A DNA stretch of 64,000 bases from Candidatus Krumholzibacteriota bacterium (GTDB taxonomy: Bacteria; Krumholzibacteriota; Krumholzibacteriia; JAJRXK01), in the NCBI GenBank assembly GCA_963764625.1, contig CAVXTH010000009.1:128001-192000 (forward strand), read 5' to 3'. Below are positions 10,689 through 20,412 of this stretch, piece after piece. Both the position numbers and the translations under genes were made by a program. Within the stretch, counting starts at the first letter, position 1. Each line of letters opens with the position of its first letter. The notes beneath the pieces were generated by a model. The model was not told where the DNA came from and did no database searches. It worked only from the letters and a program-made list of their open reading frames with translations.

Positions 10689-11258
10689 ATGAAGATCGCA
10701 ACCTGGCGCAGGTTCTCAGTCGTCCTCGTCTTGGGATGCGCCGGGTTTGCGTCCGCTTGCAAAGACGACTCCCCGACCGCCAATCACGACGGCCCGGTCA
10801 TGGCGGCCGACTTCTCCCTCGAAGACCTCAATGACAGCTCGCAAACCTACCAGCAGGCAATTTCTCCCCGCGATTATCTTGGCAGCGTCTCCGCCTGGTA
10901 CTTCGGGCACTCGACCTGAGGCTACTGCCGAAGCCAGTTTGGCTTGATGGACAGCTTGCAGACCGAGATTCAGTCGCTGGGGTGGGCCTCAGAGGTGCAC
11001 TTCTTGGGGATTAATGACAAGGATCAAAGCGCGGGGAATTACCTCATCCCCTTCGTCGCCCATCTTCCGTGGCTGCAGGACGATACCACGCAGCACGTAT
11101 GGGATTCATGGAATGCTATCTGGCGCGACATCATCATCCTGGACCAGAACAATACGCCGGTGGCCCGCTTCAACGTCACCACCTACAACCTCACCAACCC
11201 CGCCAACTTCGATTCCCTGAAGACCCTGCTCAGATCCTTCGCGCAACCCAGCCCTTGA
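10689..11258 (+). CDS. Putative selenoprotein: thioredoxin-fold lipoprotein with UxxC motif (UGA at 10917-10919)
   Basis: ORFs ending 10919 and starting 10944 share a frame, separated only by TGA; read-through gives YFGHST-U-GYCRSQF; lipobox FASAC; hairpin immediately downstream. Confidence 0.8.
10920..10956 (+). promoter_or_regulatory. Candidate bacterial SECIS element
   Basis: ctgcc-g-aagcca-GTT-tggctt-gat-ggacag; the apical loop starts with G 18 nt after the UGA. Confidence 0.6.
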
Positions 11259-11282
11259 GTCGCAAACGACAAGCAGACAGTC

Positions 11283-13436
11283 TCAACCCTTCTTCGTGAG
11301 GGCTTCACGAACTCTCTCGGCGGTCATGGGAAGCTGGTGGAGCCTGACTCCGATTGCATCGAAGATCGCGTTGCCAATGACCGCTCCCACGCAGATGATG
11401 GCTGGTTCGCCTCCGCCCTGAGGACTCAACTGATCGTTCTTCACCAGGACGGTTTCGATCTCGGGCAGCGTACTGAATCTCGGCAGCTCATAGGTGTCGA
11501 AATTCTCATCCAGAATCTGTCCGCCCTTGAATCGAATCGCCTCCGAAAGCGCATAGCCCAGCCCCATGGTGAGGCAGCCCTCCATCTGGATCGTCGCTCC
11601 CTCGGGATTGACGACGATTCCCATGTCCTGGGCGCACACCAGCCGCCGAACCCGGATTCTCCCGTTCGTCTTGTCGACCTCGATCTCACCGATCACCGCG
11701 ACATAGGTGCCGGCGTCGATTCCGCAGGCAATGCCCCAACCGCGGCCGCTCGGAGAGCCGGCCTCTTTCCAACCGAAGCGCTCTGCCGCGGTCTTCAGCA
11801 CCTGAAGCATGCGGGGGTCGCTGGTGTTGTTCAGGCGGAACTTCAGAGGATCGGCTTTGATTTGCGCCGCCATGATGTCGATTTGTGATTCGCGGGCGAA
11901 GGTGTTGGTGTTGGCTCCCGGAGCGCGCCATGGACCCACCGCGAAGGGGTGCGCCTTGGCGGTTGCCCCCATCCATCCGCCATGCACTTTCACCAGGTTG
12001 TTGGGTACGTCGTAGTACTGCTCGGTGCCTCGGGAGCCCGCGAAGTAGACAGTGTAGTCCCACAGACAGATCTTTCCCGAAGCATCGACACCCGATCGGA
12101 CGTCGACTACTGCCGCCGAATGGAATGTGTCATAGAAGAATTCCTCGGCGCGATCCCAAGCTACCTGAACCGGCAAACCGGTAATTACGGCCAAACGGGC
12201 GGCCTCTTCGGCCTGGAGTCCCGCAGTCTTCCCTCCGAAACCCCCACCCACGAAGGGAGTGATCACCCGCACTTTGTCCTGCGGCATGCCGACGATCTTC
12301 GCGATTCTCTCCTGGGTGGGGAAAGGCGTCTGCGTCGAGGCCCAAACCGTCAGCTTACCCTTCTCGAGCGTGGCCAACGCGGTGTGCGTTTCCATCGGGG
12401 CGTGGGCGCAATAGCCGTCCAGGTACCGCTCTTGAATGATGGATTTGGCGGCCCGCTCTCCGGCTGTGAGATCACCTCTGGCATCGCGTTTCTCCGGAGC
12501 TGCCGCGACCTCGACCAGATGGTCGAAGATCGTCGTGTCGTCGACCTGCGGCTGAGGGCGCTCGTATTCCACCTTGATGCTCTGCAGAGCCTTGGTCGCT
12601 TCTTCAGGATCCTGATGGAGCACCGCAATCAGGTCCTTCTCCTTCACGACACGTGCACCGGCCCACTTCTCAGCTGCCGAAGTGTCGACGCTCTTTCGGA
12701 TGGCATCGTGCGCGGGAGGACGAAGAACTCTCGCGTAGACCATACCCGGCACGCGCACATCCCCGGCGTAGAGCGCCTTGCCCGTCACCTTGTCCCACGC
12801 ATCCCTGCGAAGACTGTCCTTCCCCATCACCTTGAAGTCGTCCACCGAGGTGAGGGCCACCGAGCGATCCGTCTCGCGAAAGATCTGACGGCCTTTGGCC
12901 AGCTCCCCGAATCCTACTTTCTTACGCCGGTTGTCCCTGAGGAAGACGATGCCGTCCTCCACCACCAGCTCGTCCCTTGGCGCCTGAAGGTGTTCGGAGG
13001 CCAGGTCGAGCAGAACCGCGCGCGCCTCGGCCGCGGCCGCGCGGAGAGCCGGGCCGAAGAAGCGTGTACTCATCGAACCGAAAGTCCCCATGTCCCACGG
13101 GCAGAGATCCGTGTCGCCCATGACCATCTCGATGGCCTCCAGCGAGACCCCGAGTTCCTCCGCGGCCATCTGCGCCAAGGAAGTCACCACTCCCTGACCC
13201 ATTTCGATCTTGCCGGTGAATACCGTGACTTTCCCGTTCTCATCGATCCGCAGGTACGCGTTCGGATCACTTGGATACGGTCTGCGCTGCGCCTCGGCAT
13301 AGTCGATCGGCCAGCTGCCCACGGTGAACAGAACGACGATTCCACTCCCGATGAATTTGAGGAAATCGCGCCGCTCGAGCCGCCAACCGCGATCCCAAGC
13401 GCCAGTTTCTGGAGGATTGATTTGATCCTTCTTCAT
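11283..13436 (-). CDS. Molybdopterin-binding subunit, isoquinoline 1-oxidoreductase beta / xanthine dehydrogenase family
   Basis: Tat-like RRDFLK, KIEMGQG, GTFGS, GGGFGGK, WRAPG, GGGEP motifs. Confidence 0.9.
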   Translation of the reverse strand: MKKDQINPPETGAWDRGWRLERRDFLKFIGSGIVVLFTVGSWPIDYAEAQRRPYPSDPNAYLRIDENGKVTVFTGKIEMGQGVVTSLAQMAAEELGVSLEAIEMVMGDTDLCPWDMGTFGSMSTRFFGPALRAAAAEARAVLLDLASEHLQAPRDELVVEDGIVFLRDNRRKKVGFGELAKGRQIFRETDRSVALTSVDDFKVMGKDSLRRDAWDKVTGKALYAGDVRVPGMVYARVLRPPAHDAIRKSVDTSAAEKWAGARVVKEKDLIAVLHQDPEEATKALQSIKVEYERPQPQVDDTTIFDHLVEVAAAPEKRDARGDLTAGERAAKSIIQERYLDGYCAHAPMETHTALATLEKGKLTVWASTQTPFPTQERIAKIVGMPQDKVRVITPFVGGGFGGKTAGLQAEEAARLAVITGLPVQVAWDRAEEFFYDTFHSAAVVDVRSGVDASGKICLWDYTVYFAGSRGTEQYYDVPNNLVKVHGGWMGATAKAHPFAVGPWRAPGANTNTFARESQIDIMAAQIKADPLKFRLNNTSDPRMLQVLKTAAERFGWKEAGSPSGRGWGIACGIDAGTYVAVIGEIEVDKTNGRIRVRRLVCAQDMGIVVNPEGATIQMEGCLTMGLGYALSEAIRFKGGQILDENFDTYELPRFSTLPEIETVLVKNDQLSPQGGGEPAIICVGAVIGNAIFDAIGVRLHQLPMTAERVREALTKKG

Positions 13437-13444
13437 GACAGACC

Positions 13445-13909
13445 TCACATCCCCGAAGAGGTGCTTTCGATTGCCGCGACGATGCGCTTGTGCGCGCCAC
13501 ACCGGCAGAGATTGTCATCCATGCCCCGGATGATTTCCTCACGACTCAGGTGGGGATTCTTCAGCAACAGAGCATAGGCGGTCATGATCATGCCGGGAGT
13601 GCAGAATCCGCACTGCATGGCGTCGTGCTGAATGAACTGTTCTTGGAGGGGGTGGAGCTTGTCTTTCTGCGCCATTCCCTCGATGGTCAGGACTTCCTTG
13701 CCCGTGACCTCTTTCATGGTCAGCTGGCAGGAGCGCACGGCCTCTTGGTCGATGAGGACGGTGCAGGCTCCACAGAGCCCTTCGCCACAGCCGTATTTTG
13801 TTCCGGTGAGGTCGAACTCGGATCGCAAGACCCAGAGGAGCGTCCGATCGCCGTCGATTTGCAGACGCCTGGGCCGACCGTTGAGCGTGAAGTCGATGGT
13901 CTCCTTCAT
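13445..13909 (-). CDS. (2Fe-2S)-binding small subunit (IorA/CoxS family)
   Basis: GTKYGCGEGLCGACTV, QCGFCTPG, NLCRCG. Confidence 0.95.
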   Translation of the reverse strand: MKETIDFTLNGRPRRLQIDGDRTLLWVLRSEFDLTGTKYGCGEGLCGACTVLIDQEAVRSCQLTMKEVTGKEVLTIEGMAQKDKLHPLQEQFIQHDAMQCGFCTPGMIMTAYALLLKNPHLSREEIIRGMDDNLCRCGAHKRIVAAIESTSSGM

Positions 13910-14151
13910 GGTCCCTTCCTCGCTGATTCTTGGGCTAGAGGGGATGGCACCCCGAGCAATCCTAGGATCCGCTTCGGGATCCTCCAAGGACAGCCACTGG
14001 CCAGCGCTGGATCCGCCGCTCCCACGCGTTAGGGTGAGTAGAACGGAAAGTCACAGCCTCAGCTGCCGCCGTGAGCATGTCCAAAAAGGCCTCTCGGGCC
14101 CAAAATGGCGGTTCTTCGACGGTTTCGGGGCGCTTTCGAGGGGAGAATCCA

Positions 14152-14598
14152 ATGCGCAACCTCAAATCAAGAATCCTGGTTCTCACTGGGGCCGCGCTGG
14201 CCTTCGTGGTTGGAGGCTGCGCGACCGTGCCCTACGGCCAGCAAATCGTGGAATACGAGCCGGCGTACTGCTACGACCCGTTTCCGCCGCCTCCACCGGT
14301 GATCTACGTGACACAGCCCATCGTGGTGGTGAAGAGGGCCCCCGCGCGCCATGCCAAGCAGGAGCCTGCGGTCACGCTGCACTCCCGGGAGGCTCCGCCC
14401 ACGGTGACGAGGACGCCGGCGCGCGTGGAGCCGCGTCAGCCGGTGATCACGCGTCCGGAGCCCGAGCGAAGAGTCCCGGAGCGGAAGGAGCCCACTCGGG
14501 CGCAGCCGCCACGCGAAGAAAGGCGAGTGAGCCCGGCGACTGCCGTCGACCGTAACGATGACAACCCCGTCGCTGCCCAACGCACATGGGGCCGCTGA
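14152..14598 (+). CDS. Hypothetical Pro/Arg-rich lipoprotein
   Basis: GGAG RBS, signal ending VGGC, low-complexity tail, followed by a hairpin. Confidence 0.6.
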   Translation: MRNLKSRILVLTGAALAFVVGGCATVPYGQQIVEYEPAYCYDPFPPPPPVIYVTQPIVVVKRAPARHAKQEPAVTLHSREAPPTVTRTPARVEPRQPVITRPEPERRVPERKEPTRAQPPREERRVSPATAVDRNDDNPVAAQRTWGR

Positions 14599-14604
14599 AA
14601 TAGG

Positions 14605-14626
14605 ATCGGTCCCTTCGGGGACCGAT
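14605..14626 (+). terminator. UUCG-tetraloop hairpin (terminator or mRNA stabiliser)
   Basis: atcggtccc-ttcg-gggaccgat, no U-tract. Confidence 0.5.
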
Positions 14627-14807
14627 GAACCCACTTCGCCGCATCGCTCCGCTTATGGAAACTTAGTCAGAGCACACGGGGGAGCGAGGCAGTACCATAT
14701 TGGGAACAAGTCCGTTCCACGAGCCCGTGGTTCGTGGAACGGCTGCGTCATGGACCCCGTCGGGTTGAGGTTTGCAGGCAGAATGAGAGTGAGGAACTGG
14801 AGGTGGC

Positions 14808-15887
14808 TTGATTCTGACGCTGCCTCTTTTGGTTTCGGTGGCCGCTTGCTCACGGAGCGGTGTGGAGGGGAACGAGGCGGGCGCAAAGGGTAAGGGCAAT
14901 CCCGACCGGGCCGCGGCGGCGGTTCCCGTATCGGTGACCGAAGTGGTGCCCCACGATCTTGCCCGTACGGTAGCAGTGACCGGTCCCGTCGAGCCCATCC
15001 GAACCGTCACCGTGAACGCCCAGACCGCGGGCACCGTGCTCTCGGTGTTGGTGGAGGAAGGCAATCGGGTCCACGGCGGGCAGCTCATGGCGCAGCTCGA
15101 CGCGCGGGAGACCACCGCGCAGTTGGAGCGGGCCCACGCGGTGTTGGCCAACGCGCAGGCGGCCTACGAACGCATGCAGCGATTGCAGAACAGCGACCTG
15201 AGCTCCGACGCCGAAATGGAGTCAGCGCGCTCCGCGTTCGACATCGCCAAAGCTGACGTCCGGCTCTGGAGCACCCGGCTCGCATTCTGCCGCGTCACCG
15301 CTCCAATCTCCGGTATCGTCACCGCTAAACGGGTCGAGAAGGGCGCCGCCGTCTCTTCCACCAGTCCCATGTTCTCCATTGCCGACGATTCCCTGCTCGT
15401 GGTGCGCGTCCGCGTTTCCGAACTGGACGTTGCTCATCTTCACCCGGGACAGTCGGCCACGATTCAGCTCGATGCCTATCCGGGCGTGAAGTTCTCGGGG
15501 TACATCAGGAGGATCTTCCCCAGCGCCGACGCGGCGAGTCGTCTCGTGCCGGTGGAGACGGTATTGGGCAAGTTGCCCCAGGGAGTCATCGCGCGTCCGG
15601 GCTACCTGGCGCGCGTGGAGTTCGCCCTGAACACCCGCAGCGGAGTGTTGGCCGTTCCCGCCCCGGCCATCGGAGTCACCGACAGCACTTCCTACGTCTA
15701 CGTGGTGCAAGCCGACACTCTGAGCCGCCGAGTGGTCAAAACGGGTCTTACCACCTCGGGTTGGATCGAGATCAGCTCGGGGCTGAAGCCTGGCGAGACG
15801 GTGGTCAGCTCTGGGCACGTGAATTTGCGACCGGGAGTGAAAGTGAGAATCAGCGGGTCAACCCCGCCGGCCGAGAGCGCACGATGA
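14808..15887 (+). CDS. RND efflux membrane fusion protein (start uncertain)
   Basis: Lipobox-like VAAC, VEEGNRV, VTAPISG motifs; precedes RND permease. Confidence 0.88.
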   Translation: MILTLPLLVSVAACSRSGVEGNEAGAKGKGNPDRAAAAVPVSVTEVVPHDLARTVAVTGPVEPIRTVTVNAQTAGTVLSVLVEEGNRVHGGQLMAQLDARETTAQLERAHAVLANAQAAYERMQRLQNSDLSSDAEMESARSAFDIAKADVRLWSTRLAFCRVTAPISGIVTAKRVEKGAAVSSTSPMFSIADDSLLVVRVRVSELDVAHLHPGQSATIQLDAYPGVKFSGYIRRIFPSADAASRLVPVETVLGKLPQGVIARPGYLARVEFALNTRSGVLAVPAPAIGVTDSTSYVYVVQADTLSRRVVKTGLTTSGWIEISSGLKPGETVVSSGHVNLRPGVKVRISGSTPPAESAR

Positions 15888-18800
15888 GCGAGTCCAAAAA
15901 ACAGTGGGGCCTTTCGGGTCTCTCGATTCGGCGGCCGATTGGCGTCTTGGCCTGCGCCTCGGTGGTGGTGGTGCTGGGACTGTTCTTCGTCCGGCAGCTT
16001 CCCCTCGATCTGTTGCCACAGATCATCTATCCGCAGATCCGCGTGCGCGTGACTTACCCCGGGGTCGCTCCGGAAGTGATGGAAGAACAGGTCACCAAGG
16101 TTCTGGAGACCAGTCTGGCCACTACCGAGGACCTGGTCGCACTCGAAAGCGAGACCAGCGAAGGTGATTGCGACATCGACCTTCACTTCAACTACGGAAC
16201 GGATATCAACTTCGCACTTCAAGACGCCTCCAAGAACCTCGACCGCGCGCGCAGTCGTCTGCCGATCGAGGCCGATCCGCCGGTCATTCGCAAACTCGAC
16301 CCCTCACAAATTCCGGTCTTCGAGGTGGGCTTCAGCTCCGCTACCCGCGATCTGATCGATCTGCGCAATTGGGTGGAGCTGCGCCTGCAGCCCCAGCTCC
16401 TGACGATCGAAGGGGTGGCGGCGGTGGACGTGGCCGGTGGTCTGGTGCGCGAAATCCACGTGACGCTCGACCAAGAGAGACTTCGATCCTACGGACTCAC
16501 CATCTCCGACGTCCTTCAGCGCATTCGCTCCGAGAACCAGGATATCGCGGTGGGCAATGTCACTTCGCCCAACTTCGAAATCGTGGGCAAGACGGCGGGG
16601 AAGTTCAAGAGCGTCGATGACATCCGCAAGGTCCTACTCACGGTGCCCGGCACCTCGCAGAGAATCCCGCTCTCGGAAGTCGCGAAAGTCACCGATACCC
16701 ACGAAGAGCAGAGGTTGTGGGCGCGGCTGGATGGCGTGCCGGCGGTGAAACTCTCGGTGAGCAAGCAGCCCGATGCGAACACGGTTACCGTCGCCCAGGG
16801 TATTGCCGAGACGCTTGAGAGAGCTCGCGAGTTCCCGCTTCATTCCGGACGACATCCACTACGAAGTCATCTCCGACCAGTCCTTCTTCATTCGCAATGC
16901 GGTGGACGGAGTTCGCAACGCCGCGATCGTTGGAGCCGGTTTGGCCATGTGCATCGTGTTGCTGTTCTTGGGCAGCATTCGCAGGACATTCATCATCGGC
17001 CTGTCCATCCCGTTGGCCGTGTTGGCGACCTTCGCCATGATGGGGATGGGAAAGCTCACGCTGAACATCATGAGTCTTGGCGGTCTCGCACTGGGCATCG
17101 GACTTCTCATCGACAACTCGATCGTGATGCTGGAGAACATCTTCCGGCATCGGCAACTGGGAGTGATCGATCCGGTCGAATCGGCCCAGCGCGGGTCGGC
17201 CGAGGTTGCCTCCGCCGTGACCGCGTCGACTCTGACCAACCTCGCAGCGGTCGTGCCCTTCCTTCTCATCACCGGCCTGGCCGCCCTCATTTTCCGCGAA
17301 CTGATTCTGACCATCTCGTTCGCGATCGTGGCTTCTCTGGCCACCGCCTTGACTCTGGTGCCGATGCTCTCGGCCCAACTCGCCAAGGTTCAGCGGAGCA
17401 GCCACCTCGATCGCAATCCGGTCGTCATTCTCTTCAACCGCGGACTGGTGGGCTTCACCTCACTCTACCGGCACATGGCCGCCGGGGCGGTGCGCTTCCG
17501 CTGGTTGGTGCTCTTCATCGCATTCGCGGGGTTCTTCGGCTCGCTCGTTCTCATGCGAGGTCTGGGTAACGAGTTCCTCCCCGCGGTCGACGACGGAAAC
17601 GTGGGTGTCTACGTGCACATGCCTCCCGGGACCTCTCCCGAGCGAACCAATGAGATCGCACTCAAACTGGAAGATCTGGTGCACGGCATGCCCTACGTAG
17701 AGCACGTCTTCACCACGGCGGGGGGGTATTTGTACGGAGGCGCCACTCTCGCTCGCGGCGGCCGCGGTTCGATGTCGATTCAGCTCACACCGGCCAGCCA
17801 ACGGCGCAGCATGCCTGCCTCCCGTTGGGTCGACGAGCTGCGAGCCAAGATCAACCAGCTGGGCATTCCGGGGGCCCAGATCTTCGTGCGTCCGCCGCGG
17901 ATTCGCGGCTTGCGGACGAACCGGGTCGGCTCGGACGTGGCGGTCTCGGTGCAGGGAGACGATCTGGCGAAGCTGCAGTCCCTCGGCTACGAGATGCAGC
18001 GGCGCATGAAGGGGATTCTAGGCCTTTCAGGAGTCGAACTGTCGACCGAGGAAGCCAGCCCCCAGCTCTCCATCGAGATCGATCGTCAACGCGCCGCCGA
18101 TCTCGGACTGGACGTGGCCCAGGTGGGCCAGACTGTCCGGACGGCTCTGGACGGCACCATCGTCACCCGGTACACCGACAAGAACAACGAGTACGACATC
18201 CGCGTACGGCTTCCTCGCGACTCGTTCACCAGCCCCGAGGATCTGGGAGCCATCGCGCTCTTTCCCGGCGATGAAGCGCCCATCTACCTGCGCGACGTCG
18301 CCGACGTCCGTTTGGGAACCGGGCCTACCACCATTTTGCGGGTGAACCAGAACCGCCAGCTGCGCGTGACCGGCGATGTCGACGACCAGGTGGCGAGCGT
18401 GGGTCAGGTCACCGCCGCGGTCCGCAGCGCTCTGGCCGACCTGCCGTTGCCGCAGGGTTACTCGTTGATCTACGGAGGAGAGGAACAGGCGCTGCGCGAG
18501 AACCAGCGCAACCTGCGCATCGTAATTCTCTTGGCCGTCTTTCTCGTCTTCGTCGTGATGGCGGTCCAGTACGAGAGCGTCAGCGACCCCCTGACCATCC
18601 TGGTCTCCATTCCCTTGGCTTTGATCGGGGTGGGGGCTCTGCTCTGGATCACCGGGACCCCCCTCAGCGCCCCGGTTCTTTTGGGAGTCATTCTCTTGGC
18701 CGGAATCGTGGTGAACAACGCGATCCTTTTGGTGCAGTACGTGGAGATCGCCCGCCGCGAGAAGGGAATGCCGGTGGAGGAAGCAGTGGTGGAAGCGGGA

Positions 18801-19025
18801 GCGGTCCGTCTGCGGCCGATTCTGATGACCACGACCACGACCGTCTTCGGTATGTTGCCTCTGGCACTGGGACTGGGGGAGGGATCGGAGCTGATGCAAC
18901 CTCTCGCCATCGCGGTCATTGGAGGATTGACGGTGTCCACCCTACTCACCCTGATCGTCGTGCCCTGCGCCTATCTCATCGTGCACCAGGTGGCGGATGG
19001 CTTGCGACGGGTGGTCATCGGATGA
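15884..19025 (+). CDS. RND permease (AcrB/MdtC-like); frameshift near 16820
   Basis: SIRRPI, LPLDLLP, IGLLIDNSIVMLENI, GIVVNNAI, RLRPILMTT. Confidence 0.92.
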
Positions 19026-19037
19026 GTCGAGGATCAC

Positions 19038-20037
19038 TCAGGCTTTCTTCGCCTGGATCACCCAATCCATTTCGCGCGTTCCCTCGCGCACGGTCGGGAT
19101 CTTCGAATCCCGCTGCCGCGAGGTCCTCGCTCTGTTCGGCGAAGCTGAAGGTTCCGCCCGCCTCGGTGTTCACCAGCATGTTGATCGCGAACATCGCCCC
19201 CGCGGTGGGGGAGACGTGGTCGTCACTCATCACCATGTCGCGAATGAAGATGCTCCCTTCCGGGGCGAGAGCGTCGTGAACTTTGGTATAAAGTTCCCGG
19301 TTTTGCTCCCGCGAGTTCTGATGGGTGATGGCGCTGATCCAGGCCATGTCGGCGCCCTTGGGGAAGCTCTCGTCCTGGTAAAAGTCTCCCGGCACCAGCT
19401 TCACCCGCTCGAGCAAGCCGTGGGCTCGAAGTGGCGGCGCGCGATGGGGACCACTTCGGGCAGGTCGTAGTAGATGGCCTGCAGTTCTGGGTTGGCATCG
19501 AGGAAGGCGCGGGTCCAGGTCCCGGGTCCGCCGCCGATATCCAGGAGCTTCTTGAAGGGAAGGGATCCCAGGGAGGTGACCACCTTCGGGCGCGGCCTCG
19601 TGGCTGGCGACTTCCATCGCCTCGATGAACGACCGGCGGTCCTCGTCGTAGCCGCGCACGCTGGCCAGGCGATCGAAGTGCGTCCCCTGCTTCACGACGT
19701 TCGCGAGCTGGGCCCAGCTGCGCAGACAGTTGGCCTGATGACGCAGCATGTTCACCACGTTCCCCGGCGAGTTCTCGTCGAAGAGCGGCGCGATGCCGTC
19801 AGCCGGCCGATATTCGACCTTCTCCTTTTGAAGCAATCCGAGCGCGGCGAGAGCATCGGCCAGAATTGCGGTGGCGCGTTCATCCAGTGTCAACCTGCGC
19901 GCCAGATCCCGCGCGTTCATGGGGCCTTGGGAAAGGGCGGGAATGAGATCGAGTTCGGCCGCGGCGACGATCACGCTCGCACTTTGAAACTGACGCGCCG
20001 TCGTCAGAAGCGTTTCGGTATTCCATTGTGAAGTCAT
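19038..20037 (-). CDS. SAM-dependent O-methyltransferase with dimerisation domain; frameshifts near 19590, 19430 and probably 19090
   Basis: AAAELDL wHTH, LLDIGGGPG (in alternate frame), DLPEVV, PGDFY. Confidence 0.8.
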
Positions 20038-20170
20038 GACATTCCTCGATTTCTAGGAATTCAGTTCGCGGGTCGTTCTCTCTAGTTTCCACCCGGGCGA
20101 GCTTCTCGCAAGCCCCATATACGCGTTCTGACGAAAGAAATTCCCCCCGCTCGCTTGCCGATCTCAAGAA

Positions 20171-20185
20171 TGAAAACGAGTTTCA
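20171..20185. promoter_or_regulatory. Fur-family-like palindromic operator
   Basis: TGAAA-acgag-TTTCA in the divergent intergenic region. Confidence 0.45.
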
Positions 20186-20412
20186 ATCCTGACGATCTCA
20201 GCTACGGTTGACGAGGATCTGCAACTACCCTAGAGTCGCCTTACGTCCTGTTCCGGCCATTTCCCTCACTTCATTCCGCCGGATACCACCATGACTCGAC
20301 CGCAAGAAGCGCAGTGCAGCCAGCTCTGCCGACGAAGATGCCGCAATCGTGGCATGTTGCTTCGCGTGCCCTCGAGGCACCATGTCCTCTCATGCCGCGA
20401 GAAGGAGGAATC

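Noticed and set aside
11949-13577. 542-aa antisense ORF and other long shadow ORFs (e.g. 26477-27778, 40563-41918, 42840-44006)
   Set aside because: They overlap well-supported genes, show no motifs, and are expected in high-GC DNA.
20350-20366. Sigma54-like TGGCATGTTGCTTCGC upstream of the MauG-type operon
   Set aside because: GG-GC spacing is off by one base; it could be an indel but cannot be supported as is.
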